Source of the DNA: Phoronis australis
Lineage: Eukaryota; Animalia; Phoronida
Reading direction: 5' to 3'
Assembly (NCBI GenBank): GCA_002633005.1
Contig: NMRA01000001.1
Span: 190,625 to 254,624 of the forward strand
DNA: 64,000 bases
Part shown: piece by piece, positions 52,601 to 64,000 of the stretch
Layout: the number at the start of each line of letters is the position of its first letter
Numbering within the stretch: position 1 is the first letter of the stretch
Translations under genes and position numbers: made by a program
The notes under the pieces: model-generated
Told to the model about the DNA's origin: nothing
The model's database searches: none
The model's input: the letters and a program-made list of their open reading frames with translations, nothing else

Positions 52601-55600
52601 GAAAGCCAGAACCCATTCAGCGAATTGAGATTTTTACTAAAACCAAGTTAGAACAAATAAAATTAATGAGTTTTTATATTAACCCGTTCATCAAAAGGTC
52701 ATAACCCCAAAACGCAAGAATTTGAGTTAAGTGCTTGCATCACGTCACTACACTTGAATTGTTAAATTCAATTTGGAGAACAATATGTGCAGAAGTTGAA
52801 CTTTTTCTCCATGTCAAGCCCTACCCATCCCGTCATCACAGATCAAGAATTCAGTCATAACACTTCAGTTTTGATAACAACATGATGTAATTACTGAGTA
52901 CCACAAATGTTCTCTCCCCTTCTGTACCGAGCTAAAAACCATAGACAAATGTTCCCATAAATAAATATAGACGTGTTATGACGAGTCACTATCGACATCT
53001 GTTCAAGAGTCCTCAACTGGCCTGTCTGCATTGTGCAGTTCATGAAACATAAGTGAAACAACAAATAGTAAAGTTAACACGTTTTTTGTAGTATCGTGTT
53101 TTTGAAGCGTTTCACAGCCTGTACGAGCTTGGCGTCGTTTTAAAAACGTCATAAAAGAGCTTTTGGAATATTTACAATTACTGAAAACCTGTTAAAACAT
53201 TATTCTGTATTTTTGAATTAGACCAATAAGAAGAGAACCTTGCGTCACGTGACAGTGGGGACGAAAGCAAAATGGCAGACTCCGCAGCGCTGTAGGAAGA
53301 GACTGAAAATTTTCACTGATATGAGGAGAATATAGAAAACTTCATTGATCTGGACTTGTTGCACCTGCATTTATACCATCATAGTTTAAAATATAAAAAA
53401 CAAAATAACAAGAAAGTTTAAAAGTTACTTCCTGATCTACAACGTGAATTCCTCTTCCGTCTTCCTTTTCAATCAATTAACGACAATCCCAGTTACGGCC
53501 GCAAAAAAAGACTGACAGCCTGTTATGTCAGTCATATATTTTCCTTCCCAGTTCTGGGTTTCCGATCAAATTTCTTGTACCTTTTCTGTTACATGTTTTA
53601 CCAAAGTTTGTCATAATGTTGTATAGCTTGGGCAGGACTAAACAAATGTTCGAGGCACTGCGACATGTTTTCAAAATGTTTTGCTGCAGAAATGTTACAG
53701 ATGTAAACATTTACGCTTTGCAATATGTGTTTTTTAGAAACTAATCAATTTCATAAAAATCTTCATTGATAGAAAGTCACAAGACAATACAAATGTTTCA
53801 AATCTGAGAAACAAAAGGCCTCGAGTCTCAGTAAATTTTCTGAAAAATGCAGACCATCCATCTGCATGCCATTCCCAACATACAATTACATTTAGACGTT
53901 TTACAAATTTGAAATTGGTCTCAATTTGTAGGATTTTGAAAGAGGTTACAGTTTTTAATTGATTGAGACCAATTTTTACAAGTTGTCTTGTCATGGCGTG
54001 TCATTTTATCACGGGACGAGCATTGTCTCAAGGAATAACTGTCAGCTTTTTGGAAATCCAGAAACAACTTGTCATCATATTAAGGCACTAATTATTTGTA
54101 GTTGTCGGGGAAATTTTGTCTCTTGTTCAATAGAAATCGATTTTTTATTCCAGGCCGTGTAATGTAGTTGCTGAGGAGAGGGGTAGACGAGGGCAGGGAG
54201 GGGGTGGGGGAGTAGTGACGACGGGCGCAGTCGTGAGAAAATATGCGAGCCCGCAAAGGGAGAGGGAGACTCTTGATAATGTTGAAGCTACTTCTCGTTT
54301 CACCATGAAGGAACACGGATATGATTATATTCTGTGGTTGGCGAAGGTCGTCCAGGCGTCACAACCTCACCGACCCGGAATGTATTCGAATGATGTCTAC
54401 CCAGTTGCAACGGATGCCGTCTCGGCGATTAACCTCTTTCTACGCTTCAGGGATTCTGACGCCCAAGTAGTGCGTATGGATGAATTTTGACGTAAAAGAT
54501 TTTTGCGGTTTCATTTTCCCACCACAGATTTTGGTGTGCTCCTCTCATGCCACACAGATAGATGTTTTTTAAGGAGTAAATAATCTTTCGTCAGCATTTG
54601 GTGATTGCTACGTTAAAAATAATTTATTCCATCCTATTACGTAATTGAAGTTGGTTGAAGCTTGTTTTGTGCATTAGTTTCCGTCTCATTACTACACGTA
54701 TATCAGCAAGAAACTGACTTCTTCTTGTTTCATATTCCGCAACCGAAACACTTGTCTGCCAGAGTGCGAACTACTCACAAAAACAGATCACCTGATACTT
54801 TGTGAACGGCACTGCCTCGTCGTGCGGAGTTCGTATCGTTTGTAAATATACAACCTCACGCCACTTAAACAAGAAATCTAATAAAACAATGTTTGTATAA
54901 ATGAAATCTTATCTGAATCACTGAAATTCCTTACAGGCCAAACGTCTGGGAATTCGCGCTGAATCTGGATTGGTGCGACTCGGTACTTCGGTACACAAAT
55001 TGTCACTCATCAGTGCAGGACACCCACAGTTAGGGATTGTTTTTGCGCGGGAATCTGTGCGTGTTATGATACATTCTGTAGCCGCTGAATGACGCAAATT
55101 ATTATATTTTTACCAGTTTTTCAATGCGCTATGCTTACTTGTGCGTAAGTGTTAGTATAGTCATTGTTATTGTTTGTATTAAATTAACTTTACTTTCGTT
55201 TTTATGCTTCACGTGAGGACTATGGTGTAAACTCGTTAGGCATACTCATACGTAATGTCCTAAAGTGAATTATTTACCTTTGTATGTATTTTACAGTACA
55301 TTGTATGTTTTGATTAATATTAGATTTGCATATATTTTACAGTATGTTTTACGTTGATATGAGATTTGTCAAATAAATTTATGCACACGGTCAACCATGT
55401 GTGTTAAACCGTTCCGCTCTAATGACCTGCATAAACGTACGCATTGTGTTCATGAAAAAAGAACGGTGTTGGTGCGAAAGACCGTCATGCGGATCCAAGT
55501 TACTTAGTTAACTGTGACCTCATGTCGGCCGTGGACTATTTCAACACGGCGGCAAATTCAATAGAATGAGTGAGGGGCCCCCTAGTGATGAAAGTGCAAA

Positions 55601-58600
55601 TGTGTTCAAGAGGACTGGATCGGGCCCAGTCTGTTTTTAAGGAATCCTACAACAGAATTCGTGTAACATGAAGTTACGTGAAAACTTGCATAACGTTTCT
55701 CACTTGGGTAGCTTCGTTGAGGCAAGATTGAATTTCGCTAATGAGGTTCGCTTGCAATACATGGCGATATCTCGCGAAATCATGCGAGTTCTTGCTTTTC
55801 TCGCAATAAATTATATATACGGACTGAAAGCACGGTCTCTCAGAACACCGGCAATATACACGGGCAGTGAGATTATAAATATATTGCCGGTTCCCAGGAG
55901 CTATTAATGTGGAATTAAACGTAAAACGGAGTTATTGTGACTAGGAAACTAATCTGTGCCTTTGTTGGGAAGACCAGTCCGCTGCTAAATTACACGACGT
56001 AATTTCTATGACCATTTCTGGACTGTCTACTAAAAAACAAACGGAGGACTAAAAATGAAACGGGAAAACGATTGCCCATGTCGTATGAGTCTGACACTTG
56101 CAATCGGGTCTGAGCCCTCCCCTTAGACGCATGTAAATTACCGGGGTTAATTAATGAACTCAGTACTTCTTCGCGCTGTTGTTGTTTTATTTTTTTACGG
56201 CAGCCAAGGGGCCCCCCCCCCCCCCCCTAAATCCGCCTATGGTAACGGTATTAGTATCTCAACAGCCTCAATTAGACAGCCTGCAATGTTGATGTGGATT
56301 GCCGAAAAACGCCTTGGTCTCATTTTCAGGAATGGTCGCTTTTTCAGAAACTTGATTTTGTTGCCCTGTTGGCGTATCCTGATATCTGTGAAATGATGGC
56401 GTGATAAACTGATAACTGCCTTAATCATAGCTTCGACCATATTGGAAATTGAGCGAATTTACAAACTGCTATACGGCTACTAGTTATATTAATTTAAATT
56501 ACTCCTTCCCTACGCCATTCAGAGTAACTTGGCAACAAAGGCTAACAGTCCCTACAGTTAAGGGCCCAGGTTGATCCCTCATAACAATTGATGTTGATCT
56601 CTTCTTGGTAACGTACACACATTTATAATCTCATTGGTCGCGTATACCGTGATGGTATTCGTTTGTTCTTAGTAAATGAGCAACACTGAGCGACACCTAT
56701 AAGGTAGGTGAACTCACGTGACTTTCCAAATACGGAATTTAACTATAAAGTCAGGAACTTGACTGTATTATACGCATTAGGCACTCGTGAGAAGGCAAGA
56801 TCAAGAAAGTCTTCACGAGATGCCGCCATGGATTACAAGCGAAACATGTGATCATACTAGTTTTACTCACGATATCTTTGCGTCTGTGCGGAACCTAACC
56901 CTGTTGTCACCTGAATACTGCATAGCCCCGCTATTGGGCGCATGCCCCTATATGCAGACGGTGCTCCGGTTATAGACGCACCTTGAATGATTTTAAAAAC
57001 ACACTAAATGCATTTTATTTCACACAGCGTGCAGCGTTAGTGACACTCTGGGCGAGTACAGGAACTATTAAATACTAAATACATACAGTTCTAAAACTCA
57101 ATACAAGCTTTATTTTCAAGAACGATTTATGTATAAAATAACACTTTGTTCGTCTCCTTATCTAAAATTATAAACTGCTACAACGGTTTAACTCAGATTA
57201 GTCTATCTGAGGTTTTAACTACAATCGAGTCATGATTGTTCAGCCTGACTGTGCCATTGGCTTTCACGACTAATTCGTAGACTTGATATTTTTCTGCCAA
57301 GACGAACAAGCAATACAGGTTCTTCGGCAGTATGTCATTAGAAAGAATTTGCACTATAATCCACGTGCAAAACTAGGAGTGTTTTTTAACACTGTTGAGG
57401 TACGCCTTTACACGGACCACCATAATCAACGCTAGTTCTACTCAAATGTATCAGATAGACCGGCGCATGCGCTTAAGTCCCGCAATTAGGCGAGGTTCCG
57501 CAATTAGGCACATGCGTTAAATTGCAGGACTATACGGCAATTGTGTCAGTGACGAAGCTTCGTTTACTTTGTTCTCGATGACAATGACCCTCTTGTACCA
57601 GTCGTTACCAGGGATTGACTCCTGACAGCCGGTGGCCGGTACGTCACCGACGAAAACAATGGTTCGTCGAAATGTTATTTTTTCACGAAGTACAATAGTT
57701 GTGTCTGCTGACGTCAGAGTCAAATGAACAGACGATTTTAGTTTACAGCATGTTAATTAATACTCGACCACTCCTCTCTATTGTACACGAGTAACCCAGT
57801 GACGATATTTGATAAATTGTTCTTTTCAACGCCAACACGTTTTCGCTATATACAACCTGTACATGTAATATATTGAGTTTGCAACGCATTAACTAACGTA
57901 TGACGCGAATTATCCATCATGAAAATAAATGCTTTGGCTAATAAAGGGAACGACCCACCACGCCTCGTTCAAGCTATTTATATATCAGCAATGCCAGTGC
58001 TGAACAACCGTCGCAAAACGGAAATAGCCTAATTTACCCCAGGATAACGGAGCGATTTGAACAGTTTGGCATTCAAACATTCTTCTAACTTATCTGGGGA
58101 TTTCCGAAAATGCCCATGAGGGCCCACCGTGTTTTCCCGAAAGACCCGAGGGGATGTTTCGGAAATGGTTTGTTACTGTACTAAATTTACACCCAAAAGG
58201 GACCCTCCTGAGATTTATCGGAAAAATTATCGTCGTCCTGATTCGTCCACGGGCTTTTTGTGCCTATTATTAGAGGAACGGTTCAATGCCCGTCAACAAC
58301 ATGGCTACTATACCATGGCAACTTGACGAAGCTTATGTTGACAACTTTTCATATTTTAACGCCCTTTTCGTGAAAAATACAGAATTGAGAAAAATTAACA
58401 TCTTACCCAATTTGACCACAAGTACCAACACGATCTACAAAGAGACACATTCTCATGCTGAAAAAGACGGTCTCACGAGGGGCTTTTTCCTGTTGGGGGC
58501 GCTTTCGGAAATTCCCGTTGTTTGCACTTTTACGTCACCCGTTACATAAAGATGCGTAATGTCAACACAAACCCAATCATCTGCTATAGACAAAGCTTAT

Positions 58601-58661
58601 ATCACCGTGGACTGTGCATGCAGTTTTTCGATTGATGTTAATTCGATTTCTGAACAGTAAT

Positions 58662-58825
58662 CAATGGCGGATTTAGAGGGGAGCAAGGGGGGCATTCCCC
58701 CTCCTCCTAAAAATCTCCCAGATTCCTTTGGCAGTTTGGGAGTGCGAATGTCTGACGAGCACTAATCCTGGCTAATACTCTGTCCTCCCCCCCCACCCCC
58801 AACTCAAAATCTGGATCCGCCCCTG
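58662..58825. mobile_element. MITE with 5-bp TSD (GTAAT)
   Basis: CAATGGCGGATTTAG ... CTGGATCCGCCCCTG; GTAAT at 58657-58661 and 58826-58830. Confidence 0.75.
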
Positions 58826-60081
58826 GTAATGCCATAATTTGTATTTATATAAACCGTCGAAAAAATGTAAAAACTAAATAGCACAAGTTACTTTACTTGG
58901 TGTAGTTTGGGGAATACAGTCTTTATACAATCAGTCATCTGTTTTCCTGAATATGGGAGCGGGCTGTGTGGCTTCGGATTGTTTTGTTGCAGAGTAGAAA
59001 TGTAATGTCCAGACACTTCAATTAGATGTATACCGTACGGCTTCGCAAACGACAGCCGTGCACAACTAATCGGACTGTGCGCGAGACGACAGGTGCTTCT
59101 ATACGATTTTTGATCTCATAAGTCATCATAAGATGTATACGTAGCTTGAGAAAGAGCTCCTCTCATTTTAAGCTCCAACTTTCGTTTGAGCAGAGGAGAA
59201 ATGGTATAACAACCAGACCGCTGTCTACATACTATGATTGTCGTACACGACTTCGTAAAGTTGGCATACATTTACAATAATCGGACTAAGAGCATGAAAG
59301 TGTTTCTTAGTATACCGGTGCGAACCCCTTGGCCATTGTATAATTAGACCTCTGTTTGGACAATGTAAGTAGGCCAACTCAGTATATATCTTTATTGTTT
59401 TTACACCCCAGTCGAATGTGAGTTTTTGTTTTTACTTTTAACTTTGAATGGCAGTAACTACTACACATCAGTCTTTTTTAACAAGGAGCGCTGTAGAAAG
59501 TGAAAAACAACGAATTACTGACCAGCCGACATTTCAGAGGAGTGAGGGTAGGGCGAGAAAAACAAAAAGGAAACATTTTCAGGACTGACTTGTCTACTAC
59601 ACTCTGACCTAACGAGAGGTGAATATTTGTTTACAAGACTACTTATCATTTTCCCACTGATGACGAAAACAGCCTTGCTGCTATCGCTCGATGTCAAATT
59701 TTCCCAAGGCGAAGAAAAGATAGTACTACCAAATGACCTCTTGGCCGCAGTTTGTGGGAATGGAGCCAGATTCTCCGACGTCTGGAACTGTGAGGGAGCG
59801 GCTCAAATACAGTCCCTGATTGGTTAATCCTGCCGCCATTATCTATGGTTCGCCTATAATGAACCTGTTGACTTCACATGCAAGCCTTTGTCGTTTTATT
59901 ATTAGGCTCTTGAAGTTGCATTGTCTAGTTTGGTGGTCACATTTCTGTCAATAGGATATGGGAAAATAGGACAGTGAGCTGCAGTCGGCCTACGTGTTTC
60001 ACCGAGCAACGCACAGATTCAACGGCAAGAAAATGTTCGAGCCACTGGTCTCACACCGATGAAAGTAGCTCCTCACAAACA

Positions 60082-60198
60082 CTCGCTGATTCCTTGCGTG
60101 ACGCTAGGTGGTGCTGGCTAGGCACGTATGGAACCTCACTCACTGGTCTACTTGCCTAGCCAGCACGCAGGGAACCAGCGAGGTAGGGAACCAGCGAG
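60082..60198. mobile_element. Short member of the CTCGCTG-TIR MITE family
   Basis: CTCGCTGATTCCTTGCGT ... ACGCAGGGAACCAGCGAG, with the right terminus partly duplicated; same TIR as 61716-62287. Confidence 0.6.
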
Positions 60199-60342
60199 AT
60201 ATGAACACGGCGCAAATACCTGTTTACTCAGTTCATTGACTCTGGTTGTGCACGCACTCACGAAAAGAAGTTCCTCAATCAGAACACGTCTCGCGGACTT
60301 GCATTCAACTACTGTAACACCCCGCATCACGACATCCAAGAC

Positions 60343-60448
60343 ATATTCACAGGCGTCCTCAACTTCTGATAGTCCCCAATACACTACATATAATACTACA
60401 CATGCAGTGTATTGGGGACTATCAGAAGCTGAGGACGCCTGTGGACAT
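60343..60448. repeat. Long inverted repeat (47-bp arms, 12-nt loop)
   Basis: CACAGGCGTCCTCAACTTCTGATAGTCCCCAATACACT pairs with AGTGTATTGGGGACTATCAGAAGCTGAGGACGCCTGTG; 4 mismatches over the full arms. Confidence 0.9.
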
Positions 60449-61191
60449 ATATTCATGAACTTTGCGCTATTTAGAAGCTCTGGCTAGACCGTTATCTACC
60501 GACTCACAGGCCTACCAGTGTCAGGCTAACAACAATGCCTAGTGGGAACGGTTGCCTTTCATTCACGTGTTTATTAGCGTATGTGAGTCTGTGCGACGTG
60601 CTTTTTCCGTCAGTGATGAAGCCTGGTTGAGTGCGGCGCGAGCTTGCGAGTCGGTGAACTAACTTCCAGGCCCGGGATCGACGTTCTTGAGAGTGTCAAA
60701 AGACTAGTCGAAACAAGCACATGGTACAATAGGTTATACCGCTGAAAGTTTCTGTGGAAATGTAAATTACCCGCTCGTTTGCCCTATGGTGCATTAAAGG
60801 TCATGTTTGAAAGTACTCTTGCTGTACGACAGTCCAGGATTTTTCTCGTGTACTAGTCATATCCTATCGAGAGATTTATTTTCTCGATGGATAGAGTACA
60901 CATGTATAGTTAAGAGATATTCGTCTATGGAATTAGCAACTACATCTATAGTCTTTCTAATTTTATATCACAGTGGCGGATCTAGGATATCATAAGGAGG
61001 GAGGCCCCAACATTTTGTCTCGTAAACAGTTGGGCAAAGCACGATCGTAGAGGAGCATAGCGCCGAATGGGGGAGAAAATTTTGTTTTTGCCTCTACAAA
61101 CAAGCATTTTCCTTGATTTCTGATGTATTATGAAAGAGAAAAAAAAAGAAGAAAAACACCGAGAGAGTGTAAAACTCCTAAATGCCACTTA

Positions 61192-61247
61192 TCAACTCAC
61201 GACCTGCCTGTCTAAGCGCGCGGCTCTACCACTGCGCCATCACGCTT
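61192..61247 (-). mobile_element. tRNA-derived SINE head / tRNA pseudogene remnant
   Basis: Minus strand GAAGCGTGATGGCGCAGTGGTAGAGCCGCGCGCTTAGACAGGCAGGTCGTGAGTTGA has an A-box and a degenerate B-box; no complete cloverleaf. Confidence 0.4.
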
Positions 61248-61715
61248 CCACTTGCAATGTCTTGCTAAGAGACGTACTTATTTACGGTCCACAGCGTTTG
61301 CGCGCTAACCTATTTCTTTCCGTAATACTAGTTGAACGCTTTATATTTTGTGCAACCAGTTCGTAGCAGAAATTGCTGTGTTTAAAATAGTCTTCAGTTA
61401 TCCAAAAGACCAAATCCGTTTTTCGTGTTGGCATTAAAAACGCGATTGCTTTGGAAATCGTCTCAATTTTAATGTCTGACGAAGAGAGAATTATGAGTTT
61501 CTGAGTGATTCATTAAGTCTATGATTAAAATTTTACATCTTACCAGTAGCTCCTGTTTCTTCATCGTCACTCAGATTCCGTTTTCTTTGAAAAAAATGAA
61601 GTAATTTTCTTCATTGCACGGTGGAGCATACGACGGACACGGAGTGGTAGTGCGCAGCGCCACTTCCGGTCGCCTGGGATATCGCACGAATATCGACCGG
61701 GAGCGTCATACTCAC

Positions 61716-62287
61716 CTCGCTGATTCCCTGCGTACTTAGCCCAACCAGCACGCAGGTATCACACAGTGGCACGCGCTTTAGCATTGGTCGATGTAACCTC
61801 GGCAGTCACTGGTTAGCTTTACAACAGCGTGAAAAAATGGCGGACTGTGAACGATTTTTAGCCTTGTCACTGCAAGTGGCGTCGCAACAACTATTTCGTT
61901 CCTGCAATGATGTTCAATAGCCTCGTGCTTGGTACTTATCTGCCCGATTTAACCGGTGTGTTATTCATACTGTATGAATACAGGACACTATCGTAAACAA
62001 AAGTCATCGACAATAGAAAGATGCATTCCGAAAAGGCGCAATCACAATTTCTGGGCTTCACATTTCCTGAACATAAATTTTAAGCACCGGTTTGTCTGTA
62101 CAACAGACCACATTTATACTTCAGTCCATCAGTTATGCCAGTTTGTTTGCGTAAAGCGCTGCCTGTTGAGAATTCGACTACCCAATCAGAAACGCCGGTG
62201 TAAAAAATTTCCCGACCAGGAAAATTAAGTGATCTGCGTGCTCGAGCGGCTCCCGCTCTACCTAGCGGCACGCAGGGAACCAGCGAG
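61716..62287. mobile_element. Non-autonomous DNA transposon with 9-bp TSD (Mutator-like)
   Basis: 18-bp TIRs CTCGCTGATTCCCTGCGT / ACGCAGGGAACCAGCGAG; exact TSD CATACTCAC at 61707-61715 and 62288-62296. Confidence 0.8.
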
Positions 62288-62403
62288 CATACTCACCTGA
62301 CTCAGTTAAAATACTTCGTGTTTATCGCGCGCGCGATCAAAGTTAACAGTAACCAAAAAGTGGAGTTGGAATTCTTCGCCAAAGTCCCGTAGTTATGCTT
62401 CAT

Positions 62404-63858
62404 TCGAAGATATGTTTAGAAGCAGAAAGGATGACTAAGGAAAGTAAGCGCCTTTTTAGGTGATAATTTTAGGTGTACAATGTATTTTTGACGAGGTGAA
62501 AACTTAATGAGTGGGCGGATTTCGCCTACCGCCCGTTTAAAATACATGGGTCGAAATTAGTACAGAACGCGATGGAACGTATTGTAGTGCGAATCGGAAT
62601 TTTATTTGCCATAACAGCAATGCTTGTTTGGCATTTTTCACAATACTAAAGATTAAAAACTCGAAGTAAACAACAGAATACACTCTGCTACCGTATCGAG
62701 CAAATGGCCAAACGACAAAGCTTTGGCCCTCTTCCGATGACGTCACAGTTAAGTCTCGCATAATCTGGCGTTAATGTTATAAACTCGCAAAAGGACTACT
62801 CAGATTGATGTTGCACTGCGCCAACCTCGCAGGCAGGCGAGATCTTAGCAATATTATGATTTGCTAGCGGACACGGTGTGTTTGGTCAGATTGTTTAAGA
62901 AAAGCACGCATCAACATCTACATGTATGTACTTTAACCCATGAGCGGCTCACCAAAGGGGGTTGGGGGTAGGAGTGGTGGCTATAGCCCCATTTTTTTCA
63001 GTGCTTCGCCGCACATGGTCTATAGGCGGTGCACCACAGGGGGGTTGAGGGGGATTCAGCCCCACCCCCGATTTTTTCAGTGCTGCGCCGCCCATGTAAC
63101 CACCACACTATCGACACCGATTACGTGGTANTCGAAGATATGTTTAGAAGCAGAAAGGATGACTAAGGAAAGTAAGCGCCTTTTTAGGTGATAATTTTAG
63201 GTGTACAATGTATTTTTGACGAGGTGAAAACTTAATGAGTGAGCGGATTTCGCCTACCGCCCGTTTAAAATATATGGGTCGAAATTAGTACAGAACGCGA
63301 TGGAACGTATTGTAGTGCGAATCGGAATTTTATTTGCCATAACAGCAATGCTTGTTTGGCATTTTTCACAATACTAAAGATTAAAAACTCGAAGTAAACA
63401 ACAGAATACACTCTGCTACCGTATCGAGCAAATGGCCAAACGACAAAGCTTTGGCCCACTTCCGATGACGTCACAGTTAAGTCTCGCATAATCTGGAGTT
63501 ATTGTTATAAACTCGCAAAAGGACTATTCAGATTGATGTTGCACTGCGCCAACCTTGCAGGCAGGCGAGATCTTAGCAATATTATGATTTGCTAGCGGAC
63601 ACGGTGTGTTTGGTCAGATTGTTTAAGAAAAGCACGCATCAACATCTACATGTATGTACTTTAACCCATGAGCGGCTCACCAAAGGGGGTTGGGGGTGGG
63701 AGTGGTGGCTATAGCCCCATTTTTTTCAGTGCTTCGCCGCACATGGTCTATAGGCGGTGCACCACAGGGGGGTTGAGGGGGATTCAGCCCCACCCCCGAT
63801 TTTTTCAGTGCTGCGCCGCCCATGTAACCACCACACTATCGACACCGATTACGTGGTA
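62404..63858. repeat. Tandem duplication with 728-bp period, split by a single N (probable haplotype/assembly duplication)
   Basis: 62404-63130 and 63132-63858 differ by about 8 substitutions; the junction is exactly at N 63131. Confidence 0.85.
62939..63096. mobile_element. Head-to-tail MITE dimer flanked by 5-bp TSD TAACC
   Basis: Two ~75-80-bp units, each (C/T)ATRRGCGG...CGCCGC.CATG; TAACC at 62934-62938 and 63097-63101. Repeated at 63667-63824. Confidence 0.7.
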
Positions 63859-64000
63859 GGCTTCTCCCTGGCATTTGTTGGGAATAGGCCTAAATATGCT
63901 CAGGCAGCGCATTGATTTACTCTGGATCAGCCAAAGTGTTTTATCTAAAAAAAGCAAATAGCCTAAACTTTGCCGACATATGGAGTATGATCAGCAATGG

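Noticed and set aside
53528-53994. Possible decayed C2H2 zinc-finger remnants on the minus strand
   Set aside because: Needs several frameshifts to assemble and has no complete motif.
62404-63858. Tandem duplication as a biological segmental duplication, with twin ORFs 62537-62761 and 63265-63489
   Set aside because: The junction coincides with a single N and the copies differ by ~1%, typical of overlapping haplotype contig ends. The ORFs have no recognisable domain.

Overview
Intron-rich eukaryotic (invertebrate animal-like) genomic DNA, not prokaryotic; most ORF-track entries are spurious. Three spliced minus-strand host genes can be rebuilt with consistent GT-AG phases: (1) a two-exon secreted protein with a PAN/apple-like domain and a CASPR/neurexin-IV-type fibrinogen-like domain (9846-11671); (2) an 11-exon, fully open calpain (CysPc + domain III, ~490 aa, 23750-33161) whose catalytic Cys and Asn are both Ser, i.e. 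a probable pseudo-protease; (3) follistatin (signal, N-domain, three FS domains; ~36003-46423). Mobile DNA includes a young Kolobok-like element (3910-5301; TTAA TSD, ~160-bp TIRs, convergent THAP and P2X7-ballast/KolX-like ORFs around an N gap), two abutting head-to-head ISL2EU/Harbinger-like elements (~13185-15994 and 15997-17931), MITEs with 5-bp and 9-bp TSDs, tRNA-derived SINE remnants and tandem repeats. No coding exons were recognised from 46.5 to 64 kb. The terminal 728-bp duplication is probably an assembly artefact. All family assignments come from motif recognition by eye, not database searches.
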